From the NCBI GenBank assembly GCA_046331325.1, contig JAXLRB010000007.1:82107-146106 (forward strand): DNA of 64,000 nucleotides, written 5' to 3'. The notes beneath the pieces are model-generated. The model did no database searches, had not been told where the DNA came from, and worked only from the letters and a program-made list of their open reading frames with translations. Below, piece after piece: positions 24,431-33,737 of the stretch (the first letter of the stretch is position 1; the number at the start of each line of letters is the position of its first letter). Source of the stretch: Vicinamibacterales bacterium (GTDB taxonomy: Bacteria; Acidobacteriota; Vicinamibacteria; Vicinamibacterales; UBA2999). A program made the translations under genes and the position numbers.

Positions 24431-26146
24431 CTACGGCTTGAGTCGCAGCTCGATCGTCTTCGCCTCGCCCTCGCCGAGCGTGAGGCGCTCGGCCTGGTCG
24501 CGCACGCTGGCGAGGAATTCCGGGTCGTTGGCCTGGCCGCTCTCGAGGCCCTGCACGGCGACGACGCGGTAGCTCTGCGAGGCCGGCAACCCGCCGATCG
24601 TGAAGGTGCCCGTCGTGTCGGGACGCGCGGTGGCGATGAAGCGCGACTGCGGCGTCCATCGTGATTCGTCGTCGGGGAAGATGACGACCGACGCGTCGAG
24701 CACCGCGTTGCCTTTCGCATCGCGCACCGCTCCCGAGAGCGACGAGGCCGTCTGCGTGAGCACGACGCGCACACCCTCGAGGCGCGAGCCCGACTCGAGC
24801 GCCAGCGGCGTCTCGGTGATGTCGCGACCGTCGGCGTAGATGCCCTTCACGTACCAGCCGCCCGGCGCGTTCACGCGCAGGTAGGCAGGTTCCGAAAGGC
24901 CGGCGGTCTGGAACGTGAAGTCGTCGTTGGCGCGCCCGCTGGCCCCGCGCCCGCCGCGGCCCATCGGAATCGCGCTCGGCGTCACCGGCACGGCCGTGAT
25001 GCGCACCTGCGAGGCGCGGAAGCCGCCGCCCTGATTGGTGTCGCTCTGCACGAGGCCGCTGATGGTCGGCGCCGGCGCCAGCGCCACGGTGAGGCCCTCG
25101 AGATTCGCGCCGTTCACCGTGATGGTGGTGGCGCCGGTGAGTCCGCCCTCGCCCGACGCCGCGCCCCACGACATCGCCTGCAGGCGATAGCGGCCTGGCG
25201 GCACGCCGCGCAGATCGAAGGTGCCGTCGTTGCGTGTCTGCGTGCCGCGCAGCGTCTGCGCCAGGCGGGCGCCGTCGGCGGGCACCGCGACGATCTGCAC
25301 GCCGCTCTCGTAGCCGGCGGCGGCCAGCACGCGCCCGCTGATCGAGGCGAGCCGCGTGAGCGACAGGCCGAAGCCGACGCCGCTCACTTCCTCGCCGAGC
25401 CCGACGTTCACCTTCTGTGCGTCGTTGAGACTCGACGTGCCCGGGAAGTAGGTGGGCGCGTAGCCGCTGTCGGGCACGTCGTCGGGCGACTGGCCGCCGC
25501 GCAGCATCGGCCGGTCGTCGCGCAGCGTCGCGGTGACCAGGTACTCGCCGGGCGGCAGACCGAAGATGCGATACGTGCCCTGATCGTCGGTGCGATCGCC
25601 GGCGCCCACGGCCTGCAGGCGACGCGCCCCCGACACCCAGCCGTTGCGCAGCGCCTGCACCTGCGCGCCGGTGAGCGGCTCGCCGTACTCGTCGACGATG
25701 CGGCCGGTGATCACGGAGCCGCGCGGCAGCGCTATCGTCAGCTTCTCGAGCGTCTGTCCGGCCGCGAGATCCACCGGCGTGCCGGCTTCGCCCGGACGCC
25801 GCTGCCCGTACTGCAGGCTGATGAAGCCGCCCTTCGAGGCGCCCAGCGCGTAGTGCCCGCCGGCCAGCTCGCGCAGTTCGAAGCGGCCGTGTTCGTCGGT
25901 GAGCGTGGTGCGCGTGTCGCCGGTGTCAGAAGCGGAGGCTCGCACCTGTGCCCGCCGCACCGGCGCGCCGCTGTCGGCGGCCACGACCACGCCGCGCAGC
26001 ACCGCGGTGCCCTTCGGCGGCTCTTCGCCCGGACGCAGCATGCGCGGTGGCGGCTGACGGAACGCGCCGCCGGGCTGCGCCCACGCGATCGCCGGAGCGA
26101 TCCACGCGGCCAGCACCGCGACGACGAGCAGGCGGGGAAGGGCCAT
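24431..26146 (-). CDS. secreted multi-CarboxypepD_reg (transthyretin-like) repeat protein, paralog 1
   Basis: 571 aa with a signal peptide (MALPRLLVVAVLAAWIAPAIAWA). It contains about 5 repeats of the form G.V.D..G.P...A.V......T.DG.F....L..G.Y. Confidence 0.75.
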   Translation of the reverse strand: MALPRLLVVAVLAAWIAPAIAWAQPGGAFRQPPPRMLRPGEEPPKGTAVLRGVVVAADSGAPVRRAQVRASASDTGDTRTTLTDEHGRFELRELAGGHYALGASKGGFISLQYGQRRPGEAGTPVDLAAGQTLEKLTIALPRGSVITGRIVDEYGEPLTGAQVQALRNGWVSGARRLQAVGAGDRTDDQGTYRIFGLPPGEYLVTATLRDDRPMLRGGQSPDDVPDSGYAPTYFPGTSSLNDAQKVNVGLGEEVSGVGFGLSLTRLASISGRVLAAAGYESGVQIVAVPADGARLAQTLRGTQTRNDGTFDLRGVPPGRYRLQAMSWGAASGEGGLTGATTITVNGANLEGLTVALAPAPTISGLVQSDTNQGGGFRASQVRITAVPVTPSAIPMGRGGRGASGRANDDFTFQTAGLSEPAYLRVNAPGGWYVKGIYADGRDITETPLALESGSRLEGVRVVLTQTASSLSGAVRDAKGNAVLDASVVIFPDDESRWTPQSRFIATARPDTTGTFTIGGLPASQSYRVVAVQGLESGQANDPEFLASVRDQAERLTLGEGEAKTIELRLKP

Positions 26147-26151
26147 GCCTG

Positions 26152-26157
26152 ATCCTA
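26152..26157 (-). promoter_or_regulatory. -10-like hexamer TAGGAT, 5 nt upstream of ATG 26146
   Basis: The minus strand reads gTAGGATcaggcATG. Confidence 0.35.
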
Positions 26158-26177
26158 CGCGCGGCGCTGGCGGATGT

Positions 26178-27929
26178 TTACGGACGCGGACGTGGCACCG
26201 CGGTCAGCGTGATCTCGTGCACGCCGCCGTCCTCGAGTCGGACCGGCGTGGAGGCGGAGCGCAGCGCCGCCAGCATGCCGTCGGTCCACACCTCGATGCT
26301 CTCGAGTCCATCGACGGCCACCGCGAGGTAGCGGTCGCCTGGGGGCAGGCCTCGCAGCGTGAAGCTGCCGTCGGGCCGCACGGCCGCCGAGCGCACCCCG
26401 ATCGATTGCGGCGTCCACCGCGCCTCGTCCTCGGGGAACACGACCACCAGTGGTCGCGTGCCGTTCGCCGCTGCGCCGCCCGTGACGCGGCCTTTCAGCT
26501 CCGGCGGCGAGGACGTGACGACCAGCGTGAGATCGCGGACGTCGACGGGATCGAGCGGCACGTCGCTCACATCGCGGCCGTTCACCTTGACCGCCGCGAG
26601 CATCGGGCGCGCCCCCGGCCCGGCTGCCGCGGCTCCCGACGGCAGCAGGCGCAGGAATCCTGGCGTGAACACGTGCTCGATACGAAACGTGCCGTCGGCC
26701 TGCACCTCGACCGGCGGGGGTGGCGGCGTCATCATGGCCTCCATGTCGCTGCGTACGTGGTTCACACGCAGCGACGAGGCGTTCGGCACGGGCTCGCCGG
26801 CGGTCGTCACGACGCGTCCGGCCAGGGTCGCGCCCGGCGCCAGGACGAGCACGACGTCGTCGAGGTCGACGCCATCCACGTCGACGATCGTCGACGCGAA
26901 CAGCCGAAGGCCCTGACCCGGACGCGCGCTGCGCGAGTCGCCGGCGGTGAGACGGTAGCGGCCCGGCGTGAGCCGTGTCGCCGAGAACGTGCCGTCGGCG
27001 TTCACGCTGCGGCCCGACATCCCGCTGCCCATGCGCTCCGGCACGATCTCGCCGATGCTCACGCTCACCGTCGTGATGTCGATGCCGGCCGGCACGATGA
27101 CGCGCCCGCGGATCATCGCGAGCTTCGCCGGGGCCAGTGACAGCACGAGGCCGCCGGTCTCTTCGCCGCTCTTCACCGTGACCGTCTTCGCGTCGGCGAG
27201 GCGCGTGGTGCCGGGGAAGTAGGTGACGGCGACGCCATCGCGACTGGCGTCGCGTTCGCCCACGCCCGAGAATCCCTGGCCCATCGTGGGTCGCACGCTG
27301 ACCACGTACTCCGCGGGGGGCAGGCCGAATACGCGGAACGCCCCGGTGTCGTCGGTGGTCGCCGGACCGCCCCGACCGCCCGACGCCCAGCGCATGCCCG
27401 CTGGTCCCCGTGAGCGTCGCAGCACCTCCACGTACATCCGCTCGGCCGGCTCGCCAGATGGCAGCAGCACCTTGCCCGTGATCACGCCGGCGCGCGACAG
27501 CGACACGACGACGTCGTCGAGCGTCTGGCCGGCGGCCAGCGGCCGCATACGCTGCATCGCCGCGCCGCGCGCGAACGCGTCGTCGCCCTCGTAGGTGTTG
27601 TAGTAGCCGCTCTTCTCGGCCGAGACCGTGAAGGTGCCGACGGGCACGCCGGCGAACTCGAAGCGTCCATCCGCGTCGGACGACGCCGTCGCGGTGAACG
27701 GCGCGAAGGGCACGCCGATCTGCTGGCTCGATGGACCGACGATGAGCCGCAGCGTGGCACCGCCGACGGGCTGGCCGCCATCGGTCACCACGCGACCGCG
27801 CACCATTCCCGTTGCGGCCGGGGCTCGCTCCACGGGCTGGGGCGGTGGAAACGGCAAGATGCCCTGCGCCAACGCGGGGCGAGTCCAGACGCTGACAACG
27901 GCAACGACGATCGCGACGACGATGCGCAC
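26178..27929 (-). CDS. secreted multi-CarboxypepD_reg repeat protein, paralog 2
   Basis: Start set to GTG 27929 (VRIVVAIVVAVVSVWTRPALA), which is preceded by GGAGG-N5. The ORF-track N-terminus up to 28127 has no coding character. The protein ends ..LTAVPRPRP, like paralog 3. Confidence 0.75.
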   Translation of the reverse strand: MRIVVAIVVAVVSVWTRPALAQGILPFPPPQPVERAPAATGMVRGRVVTDGGQPVGGATLRLIVGPSSQQIGVPFAPFTATASSDADGRFEFAGVPVGTFTVSAEKSGYYNTYEGDDAFARGAAMQRMRPLAAGQTLDDVVVSLSRAGVITGKVLLPSGEPAERMYVEVLRRSRGPAGMRWASGGRGGPATTDDTGAFRVFGLPPAEYVVSVRPTMGQGFSGVGERDASRDGVAVTYFPGTTRLADAKTVTVKSGEETGGLVLSLAPAKLAMIRGRVIVPAGIDITTVSVSIGEIVPERMGSGMSGRSVNADGTFSATRLTPGRYRLTAGDSRSARPGQGLRLFASTIVDVDGVDLDDVVLVLAPGATLAGRVVTTAGEPVPNASSLRVNHVRSDMEAMMTPPPPPVEVQADGTFRIEHVFTPGFLRLLPSGAAAAGPGARPMLAAVKVNGRDVSDVPLDPVDVRDLTLVVTSSPPELKGRVTGGAAANGTRPLVVVFPEDEARWTPQSIGVRSAAVRPDGSFTLRGLPPGDRYLAVAVDGLESIEVWTDGMLAALRSASTPVRLEDGGVHEITLTAVPRPRP

Positions 27930-27967
27930 GGCGACCTCCACGTCCGGAGAGGGCAGGTGGAATCCGA

Positions 27968-27973
27968 ATTCTA
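27968..27973 (-). promoter_or_regulatory. -10-like hexamer TAGAAT upstream of paralog 2
   Basis: The minus strand reads cgtcTATAGAATtcgg, an AT-rich island between paralogs 3 and 2. It is followed by a leader of about 35 nt that contains GGAGG. Confidence 0.4.
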
Positions 27974-28005
27974 TAGACGTGGCGGCCGTCCGCACGGCCG
28001 TTCTT

Positions 28006-29781
28006 CTACGGTCTCGGCCGTGGCACGGCGGTGAGCCCCAGCTCGTGCGTGCCGTCGTCGTCGACACGCAACGGCGTGGCGAGCGGCCGCAGCGACTCGA
28101 GCATGTCGGGTCGCACCGCGGTGGCACGCGACGCGCCTTCGACCGCCACCGCGAGGTAGCGTCCGCCCGACGGCAGTCCGCGCACGTCGTAGCGGCCGTC
28201 GTCGTCTACTTCCGACGTGCCGACGAAGCGCGACGGACGCGTCCACCGGGTGTCGTCGTCGACGAATACCACCACCACGGGCTTGCGCGGATTCCGCTGC
28301 CGGTTCCACGACACGCTGCCGCGCACGCTCGACGCGCGGTTGGTCATCACGATGTCGAGCATCGCGCCCGACGGGTCGATGTCGATCGACTCGTCGGTGA
28401 CGTCGCGGCCGTTGAAGAGGATGGACTTCAGCCACCACGTGGTGCGGGCCCGTGGCGCCGCGGTGACGTCCTGCAGACGGCGCACGTTGATGCCGGGCAC
28501 CTCGGCGCCGGGAATCACGCGCGCCTCCACCGCCCGCACGCGCTGCCGCCCGAACACGCCTTCGATGCGGAACGAGCCGTCGGAGTAGGTGCGGGCCGGC
28601 GATGGCGAGGGCGCCTCGCCCGAGACGGCGGCGTTCATCGTCACCATCACCGGCACGCCCACCGGCTCGCCCTGCTCGTTCACCACGCGTCCGCGCACCA
28701 CCGCGCCCGATCGCATCGGCACGGAGACGCCCTCGAGATCCTGGCCGTTCACGTCGATTTGCGCCGTGCCGTAGTACTCGCCGCCGCCCTGTCCGAAGTA
28801 GCGCGCGGTGATCTGATACGTGCCCGGCGCCAGGCGCGACAGCTCGAAGCTGCCATCGTCGCGGGCCCGCGCGCCGCGCGTGACGTAGCCGTCGAGACGC
28901 TGCGGCGCCACGAGACCCACGCCAAGATTCACGAGCCGGCCCGACACCTCGGGCGGCAACTGCACGGTGCCGGTGACGCGGGCCAGCGGCACCGACACCA
29001 TCGCGAAGCCCACGCCGGCGGTGTCGCGTCCCGCGGCGACGCGAATCGTGCGCGCCCCCGACAGGCTCGCGGTGCCCGGATAGTAGGTGGTCGCGTAACC
29101 GGCGCGTCGCGTGTCGTCGCTGGCGGCGTCCGCCGTGAAGCGGTTCGGCCGCGCACCGACGATGTAGTCGCCAGGGGCGAGGCCCCATACGCGGAATGCG
29201 CCGGTGTCGTCGGTCACCGGCGTGAACGCACTCGACGTGGTGCGCACGGCATCGGCCTGATCGCCGGGCTCGCGCCGCAGCACTTCGATCTCCACGCCAG
29301 CGGCCGCCTCGCCGAACTCGTCGAGCACGCGTCCGGCGATGACGCCGCCCTTCCACAGCGGGATGCGCACGCCCTGCACGCGCTGCCCCTCGGTGATCGT
29401 CTGCCAGTCGATCTCCTCCAGCTCGCCGTTCCAGACGTTGTCGTAGGCGAAGTAGCCGGTGCGCGACGCCGTGACCTGCACGCGGCCCGCCGGCACGCGC
29501 GTGAACTCGAACTGGCCGCTGCCATCGGTGGTGGCGGCGACGGTGCGCGAACTTTCGCGATCGAGGTCCTCGATCAGCAGCGACACGGCGGCGTTGCGCA
29601 GCGGCGCGCCGCTGGTGCCATCCACCACCACGCCGCGGATCACGGCAGTGCCGGTGCGGCGGGCCGGCGTGTCGCGCGGGCCGGTCACCTGATCCCCGCG
29701 CGCGCCCACGCCGAGACCCTGGCTCAGCCACAGGGCGGCGAGACCGATCGACACGGAGCGGAGAATGGCGGATCGGGCCAT
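28006..29781 (-). CDS. secreted multi-CarboxypepD_reg repeat protein, paralog 3
   Basis: Start taken at ATG 29781 (MARSAILRSVSIGLAALWL); the ORF track extends to GTG 29823. It has the same repeat architecture and ends ..LTAVPRPRP. Confidence 0.75.
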   Translation of the reverse strand: MARSAILRSVSIGLAALWLSQGLGVGARGDQVTGPRDTPARRTGTAVIRGVVVDGTSGAPLRNAAVSLLIEDLDRESSRTVAATTDGSGQFEFTRVPAGRVQVTASRTGYFAYDNVWNGELEEIDWQTITEGQRVQGVRIPLWKGGVIAGRVLDEFGEAAAGVEIEVLRREPGDQADAVRTTSSAFTPVTDDTGAFRVWGLAPGDYIVGARPNRFTADAASDDTRRAGYATTYYPGTASLSGARTIRVAAGRDTAGVGFAMVSVPLARVTGTVQLPPEVSGRLVNLGVGLVAPQRLDGYVTRGARARDDGSFELSRLAPGTYQITARYFGQGGGEYYGTAQIDVNGQDLEGVSVPMRSGAVVRGRVVNEQGEPVGVPVMVTMNAAVSGEAPSPSPARTYSDGSFRIEGVFGRQRVRAVEARVIPGAEVPGINVRRLQDVTAAPRARTTWWLKSILFNGRDVTDESIDIDPSGAMLDIVMTNRASSVRGSVSWNRQRNPRKPVVVVFVDDDTRWTRPSRFVGTSEVDDDGRYDVRGLPSGGRYLAVAVEGASRATAVRPDMLESLRPLATPLRVDDDGTHELGLTAVPRPRP

Positions 29782-29844
29782 GGCGTGCGTGGCGGCCACG
29801 CGCGCCGCCGTTCGATTAGACACCGGAAGCCGGCGCGAGGTGGC

Positions 29845-29850
29845 TATACT
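29845..29850 (+). promoter_or_regulatory. -10-like hexamer TATACT upstream of the TPR gene
   Basis: Embedded in the same 13-mer, GCTATACTCGGCC, as at 7437-7449. It lies about 65 nt upstream of GTG 29916. Confidence 0.4.
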
Positions 29851-29915
29851 CGGCCGGTTCCTGCGCCCGGGCGTTGCCCGGCCCTCCGCGACGGGGACGG
29901 CCGGAGGCTGCCCGC

Positions 29916-30995
29916 GTGTCGCTGTCGCTCGTTCTCGCTCTGTCCCTGCTGCTCGTCCACGCCGCGTTGCCGGCCTCGGCCCAGCCGATTCCCGCCACGG
30001 TGAAGGCCGTGGCGCCGCCGAGCGACGCGGAGATGACGATCCTGCGCGAAGGCGTGGCGCTGCTGAACCAGGGCAAGTTCGACGAGGCCATCGCGACGTA
30101 TCGCAAGGTGCTGGCCGCGAACCCCGACAGCCCCGGCGCCATGTACGAGATTGCCCTCGCGCTGCACGAGCAGCGCGACCTGAAAGGTGCGATCGCGCAG
30201 GCGCGCCTGTGCGCCCAGTACGATTTCGCCGAACGGGACAAGTGCCTGGTGTTGCTCGGCACCGCCTACGAGGAAATGGGCGAGATCGACCAGGCGCTCG
30301 CCATCTACGACGCCGCCATCGCGGCCCTGCCGACGTCGGCGACGCTGCATTACAACAAGGCCGTCACCGAGCTGCAGGGTAAGAAGGACCCCGAACGCGC
30401 GATGCGGACGCTGAAGACCACCGCGCGCCTCGACCCTCGTCACGCCGCCACCCAGTCGCTGCTCGGCCGCGTCTTCGGCGCCGACGACCTGCGCACCCCG
30501 GCGGTGTTCGCCTTCTCGCGCTTCCTCATCCTGGAACCGGCGTCGCCGCGCACTGGCGAGATCTTCCAGCTGTGGTACGGGCTGCTGCAGACCAATGTCA
30601 CGAAGGACGCCGACGGCAAACTGGTGATTGCCGTGAACCGGAACAAGAAGCGGACGGAAGGCGACCTGCTGCCGCTCGACACCTACATCGCGCTCAGCCA
30701 GATCGACGCCGCCGGCCTGCCGGCCGGGACGCCCCCGGGCGCTCGCCTGGTGCAGCTGTTCACCACCTACCTGACGGCGGTCGCGGCCCACGATCCCGGC
30801 AAGGACGCGAACACGTTCCTCTGGACCTACTACGTGCCGTATTTCCGCGAGCTGCACGCCCGCAAGCTCGTCGAGCCGTTCGTCTACCATGTCGCGCAGT
30901 CGGTGGGCATGCCGGGCGCCCGCGAGTGGATCGACGCCAACGCCGAGCGCACGGCGGCGTTCCTGGCCTGGGACAAGGACTACGTCTGGCGGTGA
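29916..30995 (+). CDS. secreted TPR-repeat protein
   Basis: Start set to GTG 29916 (VSLSLVLALSLLLVHAALPASA), preceded by GGAGG-N8. TPR motifs are present (GKFDEAIATYRKVLAANPDSPGAMYEIA...). Confidence 0.7.
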   Translation: MSLSLVLALSLLLVHAALPASAQPIPATVKAVAPPSDAEMTILREGVALLNQGKFDEAIATYRKVLAANPDSPGAMYEIALALHEQRDLKGAIAQARLCAQYDFAERDKCLVLLGTAYEEMGEIDQALAIYDAAIAALPTSATLHYNKAVTELQGKKDPERAMRTLKTTARLDPRHAATQSLLGRVFGADDLRTPAVFAFSRFLILEPASPRTGEIFQLWYGLLQTNVTKDADGKLVIAVNRNKKRTEGDLLPLDTYIALSQIDAAGLPAGTPPGARLVQLFTTYLTAVAAHDPGKDANTFLWTYYVPYFRELHARKLVEPFVYHVAQSVGMPGAREWIDANAERTAAFLAWDKDYVWR

Positions 30996-31055
30996 CCTGA
31001 GCCCTCCCGCCGAACCTTTCGCGACGGCAGTTCGTAAGAACCGGGAGGGGGCAAG

Positions 31056-33533
31056 ATGGGAGAGTTCCTGCAGGACGTGCGCGTCGGGTTCCGCCAGCTG
31101 GTGCGCCGGCCGGCCTTCGCCATCACCGCCATCGGCTCGCTGGCCCTCGGCATCGGCGTCACCACGACGCTCTTCACGGTGGTCAATGCGGTGCTCTTCA
31201 AGTCGAGCCCGCTGCGCGATCCGTCGGCGCTGGTCGAGATCTACTCGACGCAGCGCGGTGAGTCGATGCAGCTCACGAGCTCGTATCCCGACCTGCAGTC
31301 GCTGCGCGCCGGCGTGCCCGCCTTCAGCGGCATCGCCGCCAACGCATTCGTGCGGGGCGTGCTCTCCACGTCCACTACGCCCCGCCTCGTCACCGGCGAG
31401 GCGGTCACGGCCAACTACTTCGACGTGCTCGGCGTGCCGGTGGGCCAGGGACGCGGGTTCCGCGCCGATGAGGACGCCGCGGCCGACGGCGCGCCGGTGG
31501 TCGTGCTGAGTCACGGCCTGTGGCAGCGCGAGTTCGGCGGCCGGCCGGACGTGATGGGCACCACGGTGAAGCTGTCCGGCCTGCCGTATACGGTGATTGG
31601 CGTCGCGCCGCCGTCGTTCCCCGGCACCATGCCGGGGCTGGCCTCCGACTTCTGGGTGCCGGTCACCATGATCGAGCGCTTCCAGTTCACCGGCATGCAG
31701 TGGACGGGCGACAACGACCCCGGCACCACGCGCCTCGATCGCCGCTCCACGCGCTGGCTCTTCGCCAAGGGACGCCTGGCCGACGGACAGACGATCGAGC
31801 AGGCGCGGGCGCAGGCCGAGGCCGTGTTCGCGTCGCTGGCGACGCAGTATCCCAACACCAACGAGAAGGCGCTCGTGAACCTCGTGCCGGCCGGCAACAT
31901 CCGCTTCCATCCGATGGTCGACGGCTACGTGCGCGCGGCCAGCGCCGGGTTGCTCGGCGCCGTCGGGCTCGTGCTGCTCATCGCCTGCGCGAACGTCGCG
32001 GCCCTGTTGCTGGCGCGCGGCACGGCGCGGCGCCGCGAGATGGCGGTGCGGGCGGCGATTGGCGCCGGACGCGGCCGCCTGGTCCGTCAGCTGCTCAGCG
32101 AAGGCCTCGTGCTCGCGGCGATCGGCGGGGCGGCGGGTGTGCTGGTGGCCGCGTGGGCGGCGAGTCTCATCGGCACCTATGCCACCACGCTGCTGCCGAT
32201 CACGACCACGTTCGACTTCACCCTCGATCGCACGGTGCTGCTCTTCGCCGGGGCCGTCTCGCTCGTCACCGCGGTGATCTTCGGCCTGGCGCCGGCGTGG
32301 TCGGCCTCGCGGCCGGAACTGGTGCCGGCGCTGAAGGATGGCCTCGATACGGGCGGCGCCACCGGCCGCCGCTTCACGCTGCGCGATACGCTGGTCGTCG
32401 GCCAGCTCGCGCTGTCGCTGGTGCTGCTCGTGTCGGGCGCGCTGCTCGCGCGCGGCCTGGTCGTGGCGCGCGGCACCGACCTCGGCTTCGATCCCACCCG
32501 CGTGGCCGCGCTGTCGTTCAGCCCGCAGATGAACGGCTACGACCTGGATCGCACGATTGCGCTGCGCGATCGCGCCATCGACGCGCTGAAGGCAGTGCCT
32601 GGCGTGACCGCGGTGTCGATGTCGACGCGGATGCCGCTCGGGCCCGACATCAACATGAGCAGCTACGCCGTGCCCGGCCATCACGCGGCCGACAGCGACG
32701 GCGAGTCGGTCGACACGGTGGCCATCGGCGCCGACTACTTCGAGGTGATGGGCATTCCGCTCGTCGAGGGGCGCGGCTTCACGCGCGACGAGGTCGACAA
32801 CGATCGGCCCGTGGTGGTGGTGAACGAGACGTTCGCGAAGATGTTCTGGCCCGGTGAAAGCGCCGTGGGCCGCAGCGTGCACGACGGCGGCTTCGATCAG
32901 CGGGCGCTGCAGATCGTCGGCGTCTCGCGCGATCACAAGGTGCGCTCCGCGGGCGAGGCGCCGATGCCCTACGTGCACGTGCCGATGGGGCGCAGCAAGT
33001 CGATCAACCTCGTGGCGCGCACCGCGGGTCCGGCCGCGCCGGTGGTGGCGGCGATGAAGCGTGCGGTGTGGGCGCTCGAGCCCGACGCCGTGTTCACGGC
33101 TGAAGGTCCGGCCACCGATGCCGTGGACGCCACGCTGGCGCCGACGCGCATCGGCGCGACGATCATCGGCGTGGTCGGCGTGATGGCGCTGCTGCTCGCT
33201 GCCGTAGGCCTCTACGGCGTCATCGCCTACTCGGTCAGCCTGCGGACGCGCGAGGTCGGCATCCGCATGGCGCTCGGTGCCGAGCGGGCACAGGTGCTGC
33301 GCATGGTGCTCGGCCAGGGCACGCGCCTGGCGCTGGTCGGCGTGGGGCTCGGCGCGGTGCTGGCCGCCGGTGCGGCCACGGTGCTGCAGTCGATGCTCTA
33401 CGGCGTGAGCACGTTCGATCCCGTCGCCTACGCCGGCGCCGCTGTCGTGCTGCTGCTCGTGGCGCTCGCCGCCAACCTCGCGCCGGCGGTGACGGCGTCG
33501 CGCGTGCAGCCCGCCACCGCGATTCGCTCCTAG
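31056..33533 (+). CDS. ADOP-family duplicated ABC-transporter permease (MacB-like periplasmic domain + FtsX, x2)
   Basis: 825 aa. It has the characteristic N-terminus MGEFLQDVRVGFRQLVRRPAFA and two MacB_PCD/FtsX units. A GGGAGGGGG SD sequence lies upstream. Confidence 0.85.
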   Translation: MGEFLQDVRVGFRQLVRRPAFAITAIGSLALGIGVTTTLFTVVNAVLFKSSPLRDPSALVEIYSTQRGESMQLTSSYPDLQSLRAGVPAFSGIAANAFVRGVLSTSTTPRLVTGEAVTANYFDVLGVPVGQGRGFRADEDAAADGAPVVVLSHGLWQREFGGRPDVMGTTVKLSGLPYTVIGVAPPSFPGTMPGLASDFWVPVTMIERFQFTGMQWTGDNDPGTTRLDRRSTRWLFAKGRLADGQTIEQARAQAEAVFASLATQYPNTNEKALVNLVPAGNIRFHPMVDGYVRAASAGLLGAVGLVLLIACANVAALLLARGTARRREMAVRAAIGAGRGRLVRQLLSEGLVLAAIGGAAGVLVAAWAASLIGTYATTLLPITTTFDFTLDRTVLLFAGAVSLVTAVIFGLAPAWSASRPELVPALKDGLDTGGATGRRFTLRDTLVVGQLALSLVLLVSGALLARGLVVARGTDLGFDPTRVAALSFSPQMNGYDLDRTIALRDRAIDALKAVPGVTAVSMSTRMPLGPDINMSSYAVPGHHAADSDGESVDTVAIGADYFEVMGIPLVEGRGFTRDEVDNDRPVVVVNETFAKMFWPGESAVGRSVHDGGFDQRALQIVGVSRDHKVRSAGEAPMPYVHVPMGRSKSINLVARTAGPAAPVVAAMKRAVWALEPDAVFTAEGPATDAVDATLAPTRIGATIIGVVGVMALLLAAVGLYGVIAYSVSLRTREVGIRMALGAERAQVLRMVLGQGTRLALVGVGLGAVLAAGAATVLQSMLYGVSTFDPVAYAGAAVVLLLVALAANLAPAVTASRVQPATAIRS

Positions 33534-33737
33534 GGTCGGCGTTCGATTGCCCGTGCGCACGGCCGGGCTGGATCGCGTGGATCGCAGCGCGCGATCTACG
33601 ATGCGGACGTGGCGCGTGAGTTCCCGCGCCGCTCGCGGCGCTCGCACTCCTCGTCCAGAGGAGCCCGCGCGATGCCGCTCGTCCGCGTCAGTTCCGTCGC
33701 CGTACTCGTGGCGGACCGGTCGCATCGCGGGAGCCCC

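Noticed and set aside
33534-33737. The largest intergenic region (204 bp), upstream of the Kef-like antiporter, examined for a riboswitch (for example c-di-AMP/ydaO-type) or an sRNA
   Set aside because: Only generic GC hairpins and a 12-nt palindrome (ccgtgcgcacgg) were seen. I could not recognise any conserved riboswitch core by eye. This needs a covariance-model scan.
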